Shown here: positions 51,527-62,019 of the stretch, one piece after another
Layout of the letters: each line of letters begins with the position of its first letter
How positions within the stretch are numbered: the first letter of the stretch is position 1
Source: a bacterium
GTDB lineage: Bacteria > SAR324 > JACQKK01
Reading direction: 5' to 3'
NCBI GenBank assembly: GCA_965240465.1
Contig: OZ251219.1
Location: 566,681 to 630,680, forward strand
Length of the DNA stretch: 64,000 bases
Position numbers and translations under genes: made by a program
Notes under the pieces: model-generated
The model's input: only the letters and a program-made list of their open reading frames with translations
The model's database searches: none
Told to the model about the DNA's origin: nothing

Positions 51527-52276
51527 TCACAGCTGCTGGTACATTTTGTCTACCACTTGCTGCAAGTTCAGCTCAGTGGTATCCAGCCTAACTGCTTCCT
51601 TATCAGCCTGCAAGGGAGATAAATCCCGCTGCTCGTCTTCAGCATCCCGACGCCTTAATTCCGTGCGTACGGAATCCAAATGCACCGAGCCAGCTCCGAG
51701 CTCAGTCCGACTACTATTCAGCTGACGATCCCGCTTCTCAGCTCGCTCAGCTCGCTTGGCTGAATGAGCATATAAAAAAAACTTGTGAGCCGACCGAGGA
51801 AAAACCTCCGTTCCCATATCCCGACCCTCTGCCACCAATCCTTTCTTACCAGCCGACATTAACTGAGCAGTTATGGCATGTAAGGCATCATTTACCTTCT
51901 TACGCATCCAAGCCTGTTGACTAAGCACAGCACTAGCCTTACTCAGCTCTTCTGAATATAAATTTGCCCTCACCACCTCGCCATCCAAACACACCTCATT
52001 GATAGCCGTAAAACTCAGCTTCACTTGCTTCAATAAAGGAGGAACTTCCTTCCACTCCCAGCCCCGCTGAAAAGCCGCCCAACTCAAAGCCCGATAACCC
52101 AAACCCGATGACAAAAATCCATACCCCAACAACTCCGATAATCTCCTCGCAACACTGGTTTTTCCCACGGCAGCCGCTCCGTCCACCGTTATCACTTCAA
52201 ATGAGGATGTTTCACGTGAAACAATTTTGTGCTTGGTAATCATTGGTGCTTTCCGTACTGGATTATACAATCCCAC
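51527..52276 (-). CDS. cmk: Cytidylate kinase
   Basis: VITVDGAAAVGKTSVARRLSELLGYGFLSSGLGYRA (P-loop plus the Cmk context). The start may be the internal ATG (MITKH..). Confidence 0.75.
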   Translation of the reverse strand: MGLYNPVRKAPMITKHKIVSRETSSFEVITVDGAAAVGKTSVARRLSELLGYGFLSSGLGYRALSWAAFQRGWEWKEVPPLLKQVKLSFTAINEVCLDGEVVRANLYSEELSKASAVLSQQAWMRKKVNDALHAITAQLMSAGKKGLVAEGRDMGTEVFPRSAHKFFLYAHSAKRAERAEKRDRQLNSSRTELGAGSVHLDSVRTELRRRDAEDEQRDLSPLQADKEAVRLDTTELNLQQVVDKMYQQL

Positions 52277-52501
52277 TTATACCTCCATTCTCGGAAAAAT
52301 CCCAGTGCTTGTAAGAGTTTCAGGTAGCAAAATCTACCCCGTTCTGATAAGGTGAACTCGCAGGATTTGCTATTCAGGCTGATTTACTCTAAAAGATGGT
52401 GGGCTGATGTAATCATCTCTCCTGATAGACATCGGTAGGTACTTGTTGGCGGGTACTTGTTGATAGGCAGCTAGTAGGCAGTGAATTATTAAAGAAGGAC
52501 A

Positions 52502-53476
52502 ATGGCAAAATTCGTAGTACTGGGAGCGGGCACTTGGGGAACCACCTTAGGCATGCTACTAAGCAAGCAAGGGCATCAGGGCTGGTTATGGGATAATAAT
52601 CCCGACTGGCTAAGCTTGCTAAAGCGTGAACGCAGCCACCCGCGTTTGAAACAGCCCTTTCCTGAGCTATTGGAGATCGCCGAAAATCTCCCCGAACTAC
52701 TGCCACAAGCCGAATTCCTGCTGGGAGTTATTCCTTGCGGAGGAGTGCGGGAAGCTTGTCAGGTAATCGCCCCCGATTATCAGGGGCAATTGTTTATCAG
52801 CTGTTCCAAGGGAATAGAAAAGAATACCTTTAAATTGCCCCATCAGGTGATTCAGGAAACCTTGGGAAAAAAAGCGGTCGGACGAGTAGTAGCTTTAACT
52901 GGTCCCAGTCATGCGGAGGAAGTCTGTCGCGATAAACCCACCGCCATCTTGTTGGCAGCCGAGTCCCTAGGAATAGTCAAAAAGGCTAGTGAATTCTTAG
53001 CTGGTCCCCGATTTTTCCCGCACCTTTCCTCCGATATAATTGGTGCCGAACTGGGTGGAGCTCTAAAAAACGTGGTCGCGATCGCTTGCGGGATCAGCCG
53101 AGGAATAGGCGGGGGCGATAATACCCAGTCCGCTTTGATAACCATAGGTCTGGCAGAAATACTCCGATTGGGAGAAATACTGGGTGCTAAAAAGGAAACC
53201 CTCTATGGTCTGGGTGGCCTGGGTGATCTACTAGTTACTTGCATGAGCATTCATAGTCGCAATAATAATTTTGGTAAATTACTAGGGGCAGGACATAGCA
53301 CTGAGGAAGCCATGGAAAAAATCGGCATGGTGGTGGAAGGAGTTTATACCGTCAAAACTGCAGCCCAGCTAGCTAAGAAATATCAAATCAAGACTCCCCT
53401 CATCCAAGGAGTGGAAGCCCTGCTTAATGGTCAGATGGACGCTGATCAGATGATTTGTCAATTGCTCCAAGCTTAA
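52502..53476 (+). CDS. gpsA: NAD(P)H-dependent glycerol-3-phosphate dehydrogenase
   Basis: KFVVLGAGTWGTTLG Rossmann motif, ..GPSHAEEV.. and ..GALKNVVAIACG.. Confidence 0.9.
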   Translation: MAKFVVLGAGTWGTTLGMLLSKQGHQGWLWDNNPDWLSLLKRERSHPRLKQPFPELLEIAENLPELLPQAEFLLGVIPCGGVREACQVIAPDYQGQLFISCSKGIEKNTFKLPHQVIQETLGKKAVGRVVALTGPSHAEEVCRDKPTAILLAAESLGIVKKASEFLAGPRFFPHLSSDIIGAELGGALKNVVAIACGISRGIGGGDNTQSALITIGLAEILRLGEILGAKKETLYGLGGLGDLLVTCMSIHSRNNNFGKLLGAGHSTEEAMEKIGMVVEGVYTVKTAAQLAKKYQIKTPLIQGVEALLNGQMDADQMICQLLQA

Positions 53477-53492
53477 AGTTTTTGGAGAAAAA

Positions 53493-54341
53493 ATGCTGTT
53501 ATTTGGTCATCATGTGGTTGAGGCTGCTTTACGTTCCCAGCGACGAAAATTGCAGCAGCTTTGGTCGGTGTCTTCTGTTCCACTTTGGAAGGAACTAGCT
53601 GAGGCTGCTAAGGTGCCTCATCAGTTGGCAGGCAAATTGGAGTTAGATACTCGTTGCCAAGGTGGTCGGCATCAGGGAGTGGCTTTGGATTGCGGAGCTC
53701 TGCCTTGGCAATCGGTGGAAGAACTTTTGTCCGCGACGGGCGATGAGAAAAGTAGCGTGCTAGTAGTGCTAGACCAAGTACTGGACCCTCGCAACTTGGG
53801 AAGCATTGCTCGGGCAGCGGGTGCTTTGGGGGCTAGGGGGATGGTGTTACCTCGCCAACGGAGTGCTCCTTTAAGTGTGGTTGCCAGTCGGGCTTCGGCA
53901 GGAGCGTTAGAGTGGCTGCCTCTGACTCAGGTGGTTAATCTGGCACGCTTCCTCAAACAAGCCCATCAGCAAGATTGGTGGCGAGTGGCGGCTGTCATTG
54001 AGGGAGGTCAAGCTCCTGAGGCAATAAAACCAGCGGCTACCGAAGCTGTGTCTACCAAAAAATCTCGCTGGATACTGGTCTTGGGTGGGGAAGGTAAGGG
54101 CATTCGTCCTTTGGTACAATCCCAGTGCGATTATCTATGTACCATCCCTCAGTCTTCATTGATCCTTGCCCCCTCCTCGATCCCTGCCTCTCAGCTCCCC
54201 TCCTCACCGATCCCTGCCTCTCAGCTCCCCTCCTCGCCGATCCCTGCCTCCCAGCCCTCACCGATCCCTGCCTCCCAACCTAGTTCTATTTGTCTGAGTG
54301 TTTCTCAAGCTGCCACTATTTTGCTACATCATTTTTGTTGA
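53493..54341 (+). CDS. rlmB: SpoU/TrmH-family RNA 2'-O-methyltransferase (RlmB-like) with a C-terminal repeat extension
   Basis: LFGHHVVEAAL.., LDQVLDPRNLGSIARAAGALG and ILVLGGEGKGIR. The 30-bp repeats at 54165-54282 encode (IPASQLPSSP)n. Confidence 0.7.
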   Translation: MLLFGHHVVEAALRSQRRKLQQLWSVSSVPLWKELAEAAKVPHQLAGKLELDTRCQGGRHQGVALDCGALPWQSVEELLSATGDEKSSVLVVLDQVLDPRNLGSIARAAGALGARGMVLPRQRSAPLSVVASRASAGALEWLPLTQVVNLARFLKQAHQQDWWRVAAVIEGGQAPEAIKPAATEAVSTKKSRWILVLGGEGKGIRPLVQSQCDYLCTIPQSSLILAPSSIPASQLPSSPIPASQLPSSPIPASQPSPIPASQPSSICLSVSQAATILLHHFC

Positions 54342-54379
54342 TTTGTTTTTTAATTGGAGATTGGATAGTCGCTGGCAGG

Positions 54380-55612
54380 CTAAGAAACAATTTTTAGGGG
54401 GAGGCGAGGGTAGTCGGGCAATCCGTTTTGGTATGGGGGAGGTTGTTCGCCTTGGATGAGGGGAAGGCAGTAGGAACGGAAGGCCTCGGTGATGTGCATG
54501 CCATTGGAGCTGATAAAGGCGGGGGGGAGGCATTTTTCTTGGTTGGCGATTAGTTGGGCTTCGGTGTGCGATATTTCCCAGCGATAAGGATTGTCTTGGA
54601 TGCGTTTGATGATGCTTACCACCCCGCTCAGACCTTTTTCTGCCAGTTGGACTGCATGTTTTCCACAGGCGATGGCTTGTTGAATGTCCACTCCTGCTGC
54701 AGCATGTCGGGCGGAGCGTTGGCAATAATCGGGGATGGCCCGATGGGTTTTTAGCTTCAGATTTTGCTGGGTCAGTTGTTGGATGTAGCTTCCAGCTCCT
54801 CCTAATTGGACATGCCCGAAAGAATCTTGGCGGCCAGATTCTGCCAGAAAGCGAGCTTGGGTATTTTTAATCCCCTCTGCGACTGTGATGGAGCAAAATC
54901 CATGTAGGGAGACATTGGTTTCCACGGCTGCCAAAAATTTATCTTCTTGAAAGGGGATTTCTGGTAAGAGAATGAGATGGGGACCATCTTTTTCGGTTAA
55001 GCGGGCTAGGGAAGTGGCCGCGGCGATCCAACCTGCGTGGCGTCCCATGGTTTCCATGATGAAGACCTTGGTGGAGTCGGCACACATGGATTCGGTATCG
55101 CGACTAGCTTCCAGCATGGATATAGCATTGTATTTGGCTACCGAGCCGAAGCCTGGGGAGTTATCGGTAATGGGGAGGTCATTATCAATGGTTTTGGGAA
55201 TGCCGATCACTTGCAGGGGGTAGGATTGCTGTTGGGCGAATCTGTTGATTTGATGAACGGTATCCATGGAGTCATTTCCGCCATTATAAAAGAGATATCC
55301 AATTTGGTGAACGGAGAAAGTTTCCAGCAGTTTTTGAAAGATGGCGGCTTCTTGTTGAATATCCTTCAGCTTACGGCGACAAGAACCAAAGGCTCCTGCT
55401 GGCAGCTGAGCTAGGGTATCAACCTGAGACTCACTCCAATCGCTGAGGGCGATGAGTTCATTATTGATTATTCCATTTAAGCCTTGCCGAGCAGCGAAGG
55501 TCTTTTTGATCTCCCGACTAGCACGAGCTGCTTTTAGCCATCCGTGAGCACTGGCGTTGATGACCGCAGTGACCCCACCAGATTGAGCATAAACCGCATT
55601 TTCTCCTGTCAT
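54380..55612 (-). CDS. pfp: 6-phosphofructokinase, pyrophosphate-dependent type by motif
   Basis: YNGGNDSMDT (Asp where ATP-PFKs have GGDGS), IGIPKTIDNDL (Lys rather than Gly before TIDND) and METMGRHAGW. Confidence 0.7.
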   Translation of the reverse strand: MTGENAVYAQSGGVTAVINASAHGWLKAARASREIKKTFAARQGLNGIINNELIALSDWSESQVDTLAQLPAGAFGSCRRKLKDIQQEAAIFQKLLETFSVHQIGYLFYNGGNDSMDTVHQINRFAQQQSYPLQVIGIPKTIDNDLPITDNSPGFGSVAKYNAISMLEASRDTESMCADSTKVFIMETMGRHAGWIAAATSLARLTEKDGPHLILLPEIPFQEDKFLAAVETNVSLHGFCSITVAEGIKNTQARFLAESGRQDSFGHVQLGGAGSYIQQLTQQNLKLKTHRAIPDYCQRSARHAAAGVDIQQAIACGKHAVQLAEKGLSGVVSIIKRIQDNPYRWEISHTEAQLIANQEKCLPPAFISSNGMHITEAFRSYCLPLIQGEQPPPYQNGLPDYPRLPLKIVS

Positions 55613-55856
55613 AATAATTTGTTTTGGCCCCGTTATTGAATTTTTTCAGATCCGCCTGAATTATCACCTATCTATTCCGAGCTCAATTCTTTGAGGCATT
55701 GAGAAAAATTAATGAGAAACCCCGTGCATGCAGAGTTAAACCAAAAATGAAATAAATTTTTTCCGTGCGCACGGAGTTTTTCGTCTTACCAAGAATTTAC
55801 AAGTAGTACAGCCATAAAAAGTCAATATTCTCAATACTTAGTTGCAGTTTCACGGC

Positions 55857-56408
55857 TTAGTTAATGTGCTTAGGGTTTTTGGGCATTCTTAGACGGGACA
55901 ACATGCGATTCCATCTTTCCTCTTCTGACAAGTCCTTCTCTGACAAGTCCTTCTCTTCTTGGGGATCCAGATAGAGGGTTTTAATTCTTTCCTGTTCTTC
56001 AGCATCCATTTTGGAGTGCTCCAGCACCTTATCAGCTACATAAATGGGGGAGTTCATTCTTAGAGCCAAGGCGATCGCATCGCTTGGTCGGGAGTCCAGT
56101 TTCAGGTCGTTGCCCTGGGAGCGAAGGTGAATACGAGCTACATAAGTACTATCTACCATATCGGTCACTTCTATTCGGGCTATCTTAGCTTTCATATTTT
56201 GTAGCATGTTGCAGAACAGGTCATGGGTCAGCGGACGAGGCGGCTCCAAATCATATAATTTGGTAGCAATTGAATGAGCCTCAAATATGCCGATATGAAT
56301 GGGCATCAGCCAGCCGTACTGGCGGTCTTCCAAGATAATGACGGGACTCGGCATGCTGGGATCCAGCACCAGACAATTAACATGCATGCGGGTGAATTTA
56401 GCAATCAT
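55857..56408 (-). CDS. Bifunctional nuclease (DUF151/BFN) family protein
   Basis: ..PVIILEDRQYGWLMPIHIGIFEAHSIATKL..RPLTHDL is typical of the BFN domain. A 15-bp repeat x2 (55925-55954) encodes EKDLSEKDLS. Confidence 0.65.
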   Translation of the reverse strand: MIAKFTRMHVNCLVLDPSMPSPVIILEDRQYGWLMPIHIGIFEAHSIATKLYDLEPPRPLTHDLFCNMLQNMKAKIARIEVTDMVDSTYVARIHLRSQGNDLKLDSRPSDAIALALRMNSPIYVADKVLEHSKMDAEEQERIKTLYLDPQEEKDLSEKDLSEEERWNRMLSRLRMPKNPKHIN

Positions 56409-57796
56409 GCGGCGGTCTCGGCAGGGGATTTAGAATAAGCTTGGGCTACCAAAGAGTGCTGGCGAACATGGCTAATAGAAACCGTCAGTAGCTCGCCGAT
56501 GGCAATGTTTTCTCCTGCGAGCATGACGGGAACATGTCCTCGGGTGCGACCGCCCATAAGGGGCACGTTTTTGCTACTGCGAGGATGACGATACTCCACC
56601 AGCACCTGCTGTTTGGTACCCACCAATTTTTTTAGCTGCGGCTGACTAATCTCTTGCTGAAGATTTAGCAATCGCAACAAACGCTCTTGTTTGATGTCCT
56701 CAGGGATCTGCAAGGAGAATTTGGCAGCTGGCGTCCCTGGGCGAGAAGAATACTTGAAAGCATAAATATGTTGAAAACGAACTTGATTGACTACCTCTAG
56801 AGTTCGTTCAAAGTCGGACTCGGTTTCAGCGGGAAAGCCGACTATGATATCGGTGGAGAGTGTTAGTGAGGGAACTTGGCTGTACATTAGAGCCACCTTT
56901 TCATAAAAGTTTTCTCTGGTGTAGCCGCGACGCATGGCTTTAAGTATGCGATCAGAGCCAGATTGCAAGGGTAGATGGAGATGCTCACAAAGGGCAGAGA
57001 GATTTTTATGGGCTTGAGCGAGTTCCAGTTTCACGTCTTTGGGATGAGGAGAAATGTAGCGAATTCTAGCTAAGCCTTTTATTTTATTTAGCATTGCCAA
57101 TAATTCCACGAACGAAATTCCTTCAGCCCGATATGAATTAACATTTTGTCCCAGCAGGTTGATCTCTTTTACTCCTAGTTTCACCAAGCTTTTGGCTTCG
57201 CTCACAATTTGGCTGGCACGGCGACTAATCTCCCGACCACGGGTATAGGGAACCACACAAAAAGTACACATGTTATTGCAGCCCTTAGTTATCGCTATTT
57301 GGCTGGTAACCGAGGAGGTTTCCTCAGAAAAGGGCAGGTTTATAGTCCATTCGGTGGGAACAAAATCCTCTACCCTTCCCTTGGGAAGGGGTTTCCAATC
57401 ATTCTCCAAAACCCTCTCCCCCTGCTCTGCTTGCTCTAAAAGCCGAGGTAACTGAAATATGGCATCGGTCCCGAACACCAAATCTACTTGAGGAGCCCGC
57501 TCAAATATCTGGGCTCCTCTTTGCTGAGCCACACAGCCGCAAACTCCAATCTTTAACTCAGGACGCTTCTGCTTTAGCTTATTCATGCGTCCCAAAAAGC
57601 TATAAAGCTTATGCTCGGGTTTCTCCCGAATGGCACAAGTATTCACCAGCACCAGATCAGCTTTAGACGGCTGATCAGTTCTTAGATATCCCCTCACGGC
57701 TAGCTGCTGCCACAACTTTTCTGAGTCGTACTGGTTCATCTGACATCCATGGGTCTGGAGGTAGACGTGCTTATTTTTAGGTGAGGAAGAAATCAT
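56405..57796 (-). CDS. miaB: tRNA-i6A37 methylthiotransferase MiaB
   Basis: YLQTHGCQMNQYDSE (UPF0004), radical-SAM GCNNMCTFCVVP and a C-terminal TRAM domain. Start moved to ATG 57796. Confidence 0.9.
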   Translation of the reverse strand: MISSSPKNKHVYLQTHGCQMNQYDSEKLWQQLAVRGYLRTDQPSKADLVLVNTCAIREKPEHKLYSFLGRMNKLKQKRPELKIGVCGCVAQQRGAQIFERAPQVDLVFGTDAIFQLPRLLEQAEQGERVLENDWKPLPKGRVEDFVPTEWTINLPFSEETSSVTSQIAITKGCNNMCTFCVVPYTRGREISRRASQIVSEAKSLVKLGVKEINLLGQNVNSYRAEGISFVELLAMLNKIKGLARIRYISPHPKDVKLELAQAHKNLSALCEHLHLPLQSGSDRILKAMRRGYTRENFYEKVALMYSQVPSLTLSTDIIVGFPAETESDFERTLEVVNQVRFQHIYAFKYSSRPGTPAAKFSLQIPEDIKQERLLRLLNLQQEISQPQLKKLVGTKQQVLVEYRHPRSSKNVPLMGGRTRGHVPVMLAGENIAIGELLTVSISHVRQHSLVAQAYSKSPAETAA

Positions 57797-57969
57797 GACT
57801 TTTTTATTTGGGTTTTTTATCCTAAAGGTCCGAAATTTGATCACGAACCTATGGATACATTCTAACACCTTTGAAGGGATGGTTGGGCATGAAAAGGTCG
57901 TGAACGAGAATTGTCAGCGGGAGATTGTCAGCGGGAGATTTGTCGGTGAGAAAGAGCGGTGGAAAGTTA

Positions 57970-59385
57970 TCAGCGATCAGGGGGGAGGTACCTAGTACAG
58001 CTGGGGCAAACCGACTTTAGACATCTGCTGCTCAGTGATTTTTTACAGAAAGCATAATGGCTAGTGCTAAATAGGGGCATGTAGGGGAGGTTTGCTTGTA
58101 GTTCGGCTTCCCATGAGCTAGGACTGGCAAGGGATTCGTTCAGGTACTCAGTCCAGAGGTCTTGGAGAGTGCCATCGTTTAGGTCTACGATGTCTAGGAA
58201 GAAATCTGCCTGCGGGATGCTATTGGCAAATCTATGTACGGGGGTAGCCGATACCACCACCCGCAACCTGAGATTACGCTGCCAGCTTTGCGATATTTGG
58301 CGGGCGACATGTTCCATCCAGGGATTGGCGATGACGGCAATTTGTAGCGTAGGTGGGTTATCTTTTTGGAACCATTGAATGCGGGCTTGCTGGGCATTAT
58401 CTACCAAGGGGGTGAGGTGAGTACTTGGGTCTAGGAGGGGGCGGAGGAAATGGGTAGTAGGCGATAATCTTCTATTTGAGAAGGAGGTAGCAATTTTATT
58501 TCTGGGGATAGTCAATCTCAGGGATTGCCGAATGGATAAGGGTTGCTCTTTTTTTCCCTTGGAGGAGCGTAGTATCCATTGTTGTCCGCCAGTCATTTGC
58601 CCCCATGATTCACGCTTGGTGTTTTTTTTCAAAAAGAAGGCTAGGTCTTCTCCTTCTACCAGAACGGCTTCTAAGCTGCCGTTTTGGTAATCTTGCCAGA
58701 GAGTGCTTAACTGGCGATAACCGCGTAGTTCTATTTCCCCTTGGGATTGAGGAAAAAATAACCGATACCACCATTTTTTCTCCCGATGAGAAGCATGTTC
58801 CATCCGTACTGCACGAGGCCACCAACGACAACCATCACTTATGGTTTCAGTTTTTGCGATTGTTTCGGGGCTGGTTGCCAGACTCAGTTTAGGCTGGGTA
58901 TCGGGAAAGGGGAGCAAATGTACTCCCTGCAGACGGCTAGTGGTTATCAGGGCCGGTAGCGGTTGTGAAGATAATTGCACCAAGGGGGGAGCAAGCAAAT
59001 TTGATATTCCCCAAGTCAGAGAAGCTAAGGGCAGTTTGTTGCTCAGCGACTGTTGCCAGTTCATAAAGCTAAGTCCATCTCTGCTTAATCCTTCTTTGCT
59101 TAATCCTTCTCTAAAGAGATTTGTTTTAAGTCCAAATCCTAGGCGATCTTTGCCTTGAAGTTCATAAAACCAAGGAAGCTCATTCCAGCTCCCTAGTCCA
59201 TATACCAAACGCAACACGCGTAAATCTCGCTGTGCATGAGGCTGCACATGGCATAATCTTGGGAGGGGATGAAAGATCCCCACCCGATAAGATTGGGCGT
59301 TGGCTACCAGCGGACAAATTGCCGTCATAGCTAATAACATGCACCCAGTAGCCATCCAGAAATAATGCCTAAAAATAATGTTCAT
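57970..59385 (-). CDS. Hypothetical secreted protein (possibly a degenerate solute-binding-protein fold)
   Basis: Signal peptide ..AICPLVANAQS; 471 aa. No firm motif. Confidence 0.45.
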   Translation of the reverse strand: MNIIFRHYFWMATGCMLLAMTAICPLVANAQSYRVGIFHPLPRLCHVQPHAQRDLRVLRLVYGLGSWNELPWFYELQGKDRLGFGLKTNLFREGLSKEGLSRDGLSFMNWQQSLSNKLPLASLTWGISNLLAPPLVQLSSQPLPALITTSRLQGVHLLPFPDTQPKLSLATSPETIAKTETISDGCRWWPRAVRMEHASHREKKWWYRLFFPQSQGEIELRGYRQLSTLWQDYQNGSLEAVLVEGEDLAFFLKKNTKRESWGQMTGGQQWILRSSKGKKEQPLSIRQSLRLTIPRNKIATSFSNRRLSPTTHFLRPLLDPSTHLTPLVDNAQQARIQWFQKDNPPTLQIAVIANPWMEHVARQISQSWQRNLRLRVVVSATPVHRFANSIPQADFFLDIVDLNDGTLQDLWTEYLNESLASPSSWEAELQANLPYMPLFSTSHYAFCKKSLSSRCLKSVCPSCTRYLPPDR

Positions 59386-59492
59386 GTATCTTGCTCTAGT
59401 TAACTTGATGATTAATTATTGTTGGTTTTATAAAACAAGCATCGGGTAGTTCTGTCAAATAAAAGCGGAGCGGTCAAAAAAATCGGGTGAGG

Positions 59493-59876
59493 TTAAAATC
59501 GGCTGGGTGGTGTTTTGGGACTGAAATAATGGATCCCCAAGGCAATCAATATCAGCCCAGTGGGCAATTGGTGAAAGAGCAATAGTAATGGATGGCTCTG
59601 GGGATAATAAAGCGTAAGCACCAATCCGCTTAAAATAAGCGTGATCCCGTTCCCAGCCTGAAGCAAGCCTGATATAGCAACGAAGGAAAAGTTTTTCAGC
59701 AAAAGGCGATGTTGATAAATATGTCGCCAAGCATAAAGGGGAAAAACAACCATAAAGAGTAATCCGCCCCAGATATGCAATAGGAAGATAAGGCGTGGCA
59801 CGGGATTATCCGATTCCCTGGCGATCAAGAGGAGTAGTCCGCTTAAGGTTAGAATTAACAAGAGTGCTAAAACCAT
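59493..59876 (-). CDS. Small polytopic membrane protein, unknown function
   Basis: About 4 TM segments. I shortened the track ORF to the ATG at 59876 (MVLALLLIL) to remove the overlap with nth. Confidence 0.4.
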   Translation of the reverse strand: MVLALLLILTLSGLLLLIARESDNPVPRLIFLLHIWGGLLFMVVFPLYAWRHIYQHRLLLKNFSFVAISGLLQAGNGITLILSGLVLTLYYPQSHPLLLLFHQLPTGLILIALGIHYFSPKTPPSRF

Positions 59877-59890
59877 AACTCGCAGAGAAT

Positions 59891-60535
59891 TTAGGCGGGC
59901 TGGTTTTTGTGTGGGTACTGACATTCTTTCAGGATGATGCACTCTTTGCAGAGTGGTTTTCTGGCTTTGCAAACATAGCGTCCGTGCAGGATGAAATAAT
60001 GATGAGCATGAGGGAGATGTTTTTTGGGAACAATAGCCAGCAGCTTTTTTTCTACCTCTAATGGGGTACGACCTGGGGCTAATCCAGTGCGATTACTAAC
60101 CCGAAACACATGAGTATCCACCGCAATGGTAGGATGACCAAAAGCTACCGCCCGTACCACATTGGCGGTCTTTCTACCTACTCCGGGTAGGGCTTCCAAG
60201 TCCTGATGACTTTCAGGCACTGAACCCCGATGCTTTTCCAGCAGTAGCAGACAGGTTTTTATGATGTGCCGAGCCTTAGTAGGAGCTAAGCCGATCTGCT
60301 TGATGTGGTGGAGAAATTTTTTCTCACCCATCTCTAGCAGGGATTGAGGGGTGATGGGAAACAAGGTAGCAGTAACCCGATTAACAGAACGATCAGTAGC
60401 TTGGGCACTGAGAATGACTGCTACCAGCAGCTCAAATTTAGAGCCATAATTCAATTCGGTGGTGGGGGGTTGGGAGTGATCGGCGGCTAGTTTATTTATC
60501 AAAGCCGAAGCACGCTGGGAGTTCATTATCTGCAT
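59891..60535 (-). CDS. nth: Endonuclease III
   Basis: HhH-GPD (LPGVGRKTANVV..D) and C-terminal 4Fe-4S ligands CKARKPLCKECIILKEC. Confidence 0.9.
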   Translation of the reverse strand: MQIMNSQRASALINKLAADHSQPPTTELNYGSKFELLVAVILSAQATDRSVNRVTATLFPITPQSLLEMGEKKFLHHIKQIGLAPTKARHIIKTCLLLLEKHRGSVPESHQDLEALPGVGRKTANVVRAVAFGHPTIAVDTHVFRVSNRTGLAPGRTPLEVEKKLLAIVPKKHLPHAHHYFILHGRYVCKARKPLCKECIILKECQYPHKNQPA

Positions 60536-60546
60536 CCTCTAAAAAA

Positions 60547-62019
60547 TTATTCAGCTACTTCAAAAAATACGCGATGGAGTACTTGCAGAGCTCGTTCAGC
60601 ATCCTGCTGGCGTACCACACAAGATATATTTACTTCGGTAGCCCCTTGGGAAATTACCTCAATGTTAATGTTTTCTTTTCCTAAGGCTACAAACATACGA
60701 CCCGCCGTACCGGGTAAATCTTGCATGCCCTCTCCTACGATTGCCAAAATCGCCCGATTACTTTTTATTTCTAAGGCACCTAGTTTTTCTAGCTCATCAG
60801 AGGCATGTTTCAGGGATTTCACATGCTCCACCGTAAATGAAATACTCACCTCCGAGGTGGATACCAAATCCACCACCACCTGATGACGCTCCAAACACGC
60901 AAAAACGCGTGCCATAAATCCATAGGCGTTAAACATGCGATTGGAATGAATAGTAGCCACGCTAATGTGCGATTTTACCGTCACCGCAGTAACCACATAA
61001 GGAGAAGGAGAAGAAAGCTTGAGAATGGTTGTTCCCTTAGCATCAGGTTGATAAGTATTCATTATGCGGATGGGAATACCGCTCTCCATCACGTATTCCA
61101 TGGTAAGAGGATGGAGTACTTGGGAGCCGAAATAAGTCAATTCGGCAGCTTCGGTAGGAGAAATTTGTTGCAAGGGACGAGCCGTTTTTATGCGATGAGG
61201 ATCTGCGGTATAAATACCTGCCATTTCCTTCCAGATCTGCAATTCAGCCACCTGTTGTTTGCCTAGCCCTGCCGATATTAAAACCGAGGTGAGATCTGAA
61301 TATCCTCGCCCTACCGTTTGCAATAAACCTCCGGGAACTAATCCGAAAAAACCAGTGGCTACCGTCAGACCAGTTGAAGCCGATCCAGTGGTACACAGCC
61401 TCGCCAACTCCTCCTGAACTGATTGAAAAAACCCATCTCTCAGCTCCTTTTCGTCTTTTAGAGCCCGACTGAGGTCAACCAGCTTGGGTTGCAAACCCTG
61501 TTGTTGCGAGCCTTGTTGTTGCGATTGAGTAGTCAACTGAGTAGTCAATTGAGTAGTTAAGAGCAAGGCACTAAGTCGTTCTCCACTGCAGATAAGCAAA
61601 TCCTGTCCCCGAGGAGTAAGCTCGCCCAAAATCTGGGTGGACTTCAGCAATTGATAAGCATGCTCTATTTCTGCTTCTAGTACCAGTAATGCCTCTTGCT
61701 GTTGAGCTGCGGATGCCGAACATTGCTCCAATAAGCCCCGATGAAAATCGGCTATCTGCTTGAGTACTTCGGCAAATGGCTTTCCTTCCAGTGCCAATTG
61801 CAAGGCTTTTAATAACTGATTGGTTGTTCCCTCATCCTTGGTTGTGCCACTCAATGCCGAAACCACTACCACCACCCGAGTTCCCGATCGGCTAGCAGCC
61901 GCAATTATCCTAGCCGCATTCCGCAAGCGATCAGGATTGCCTAAACTGGTACCCCCGAACTTCATCACCAGATATTTCTTGCGGGCGGGGGATTGGTTTT
62001 TTAGAGAAGTGATATTCAT
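60547..62019 (-). CDS. lysC: Aspartate kinase with ACT domains and an internal repeat insertion
   Basis: VMKFGGTSLG, ..YTADPHR.. and C-terminal ACT repeats. The repeats at 61497-61560 encode LTTQLTTQLTTQSQQQGSQQQG. Confidence 0.85.
   Translation of the reverse strand: MNITSLKNQSPARKKYLVMKFGGTSLGNPDRLRNAARIIAAASRSGTRVVVVVSALSGTTKDEGTTNQLLKALQLALEGKPFAEVLKQIADFHRGLLEQCSASAAQQQEALLVLEAEIEHAYQLLKSTQILGELTPRGQDLLICSGERLSALLLTTQLTTQLTTQSQQQGSQQQGLQPKLVDLSRALKDEKELRDGFFQSVQEELARLCTTGSASTGLTVATGFFGLVPGGLLQTVGRGYSDLTSVLISAGLGKQQVAELQIWKEMAGIYTADPHRIKTARPLQQISPTEAAELTYFGSQVLHPLTMEYVMESGIPIRIMNTYQPDAKGTTILKLSSPSPYVVTAVTVKSHISVATIHSNRMFNAYGFMARVFACLERHQVVVDLVSTSEVSISFTVEHVKSLKHASDELEKLGALEIKSNRAILAIVGEGMQDLPGTAGRMFVALGKENINIEVISQGATEVNISCVVRQQDAERALQVLHRVFFEVAE

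Noticed and set aside
53081-53088. HIP1-like GCGATCGC palindromes (also at ~56076) as a cyanobacterial signature
   Set aside because: I saw only two perfect copies in 64 kb, close to chance expectation. That is not enough to infer lineage.
55762-55775. Hairpin TCCGTGCGCACGGA flanked by A- and T-runs as a terminator for the BFN-family gene
   Set aside because: For the minus-strand transcript the stem is followed by A-runs rather than a U-tract. The stem is only 5-6 bp, and no + strand gene needs it.
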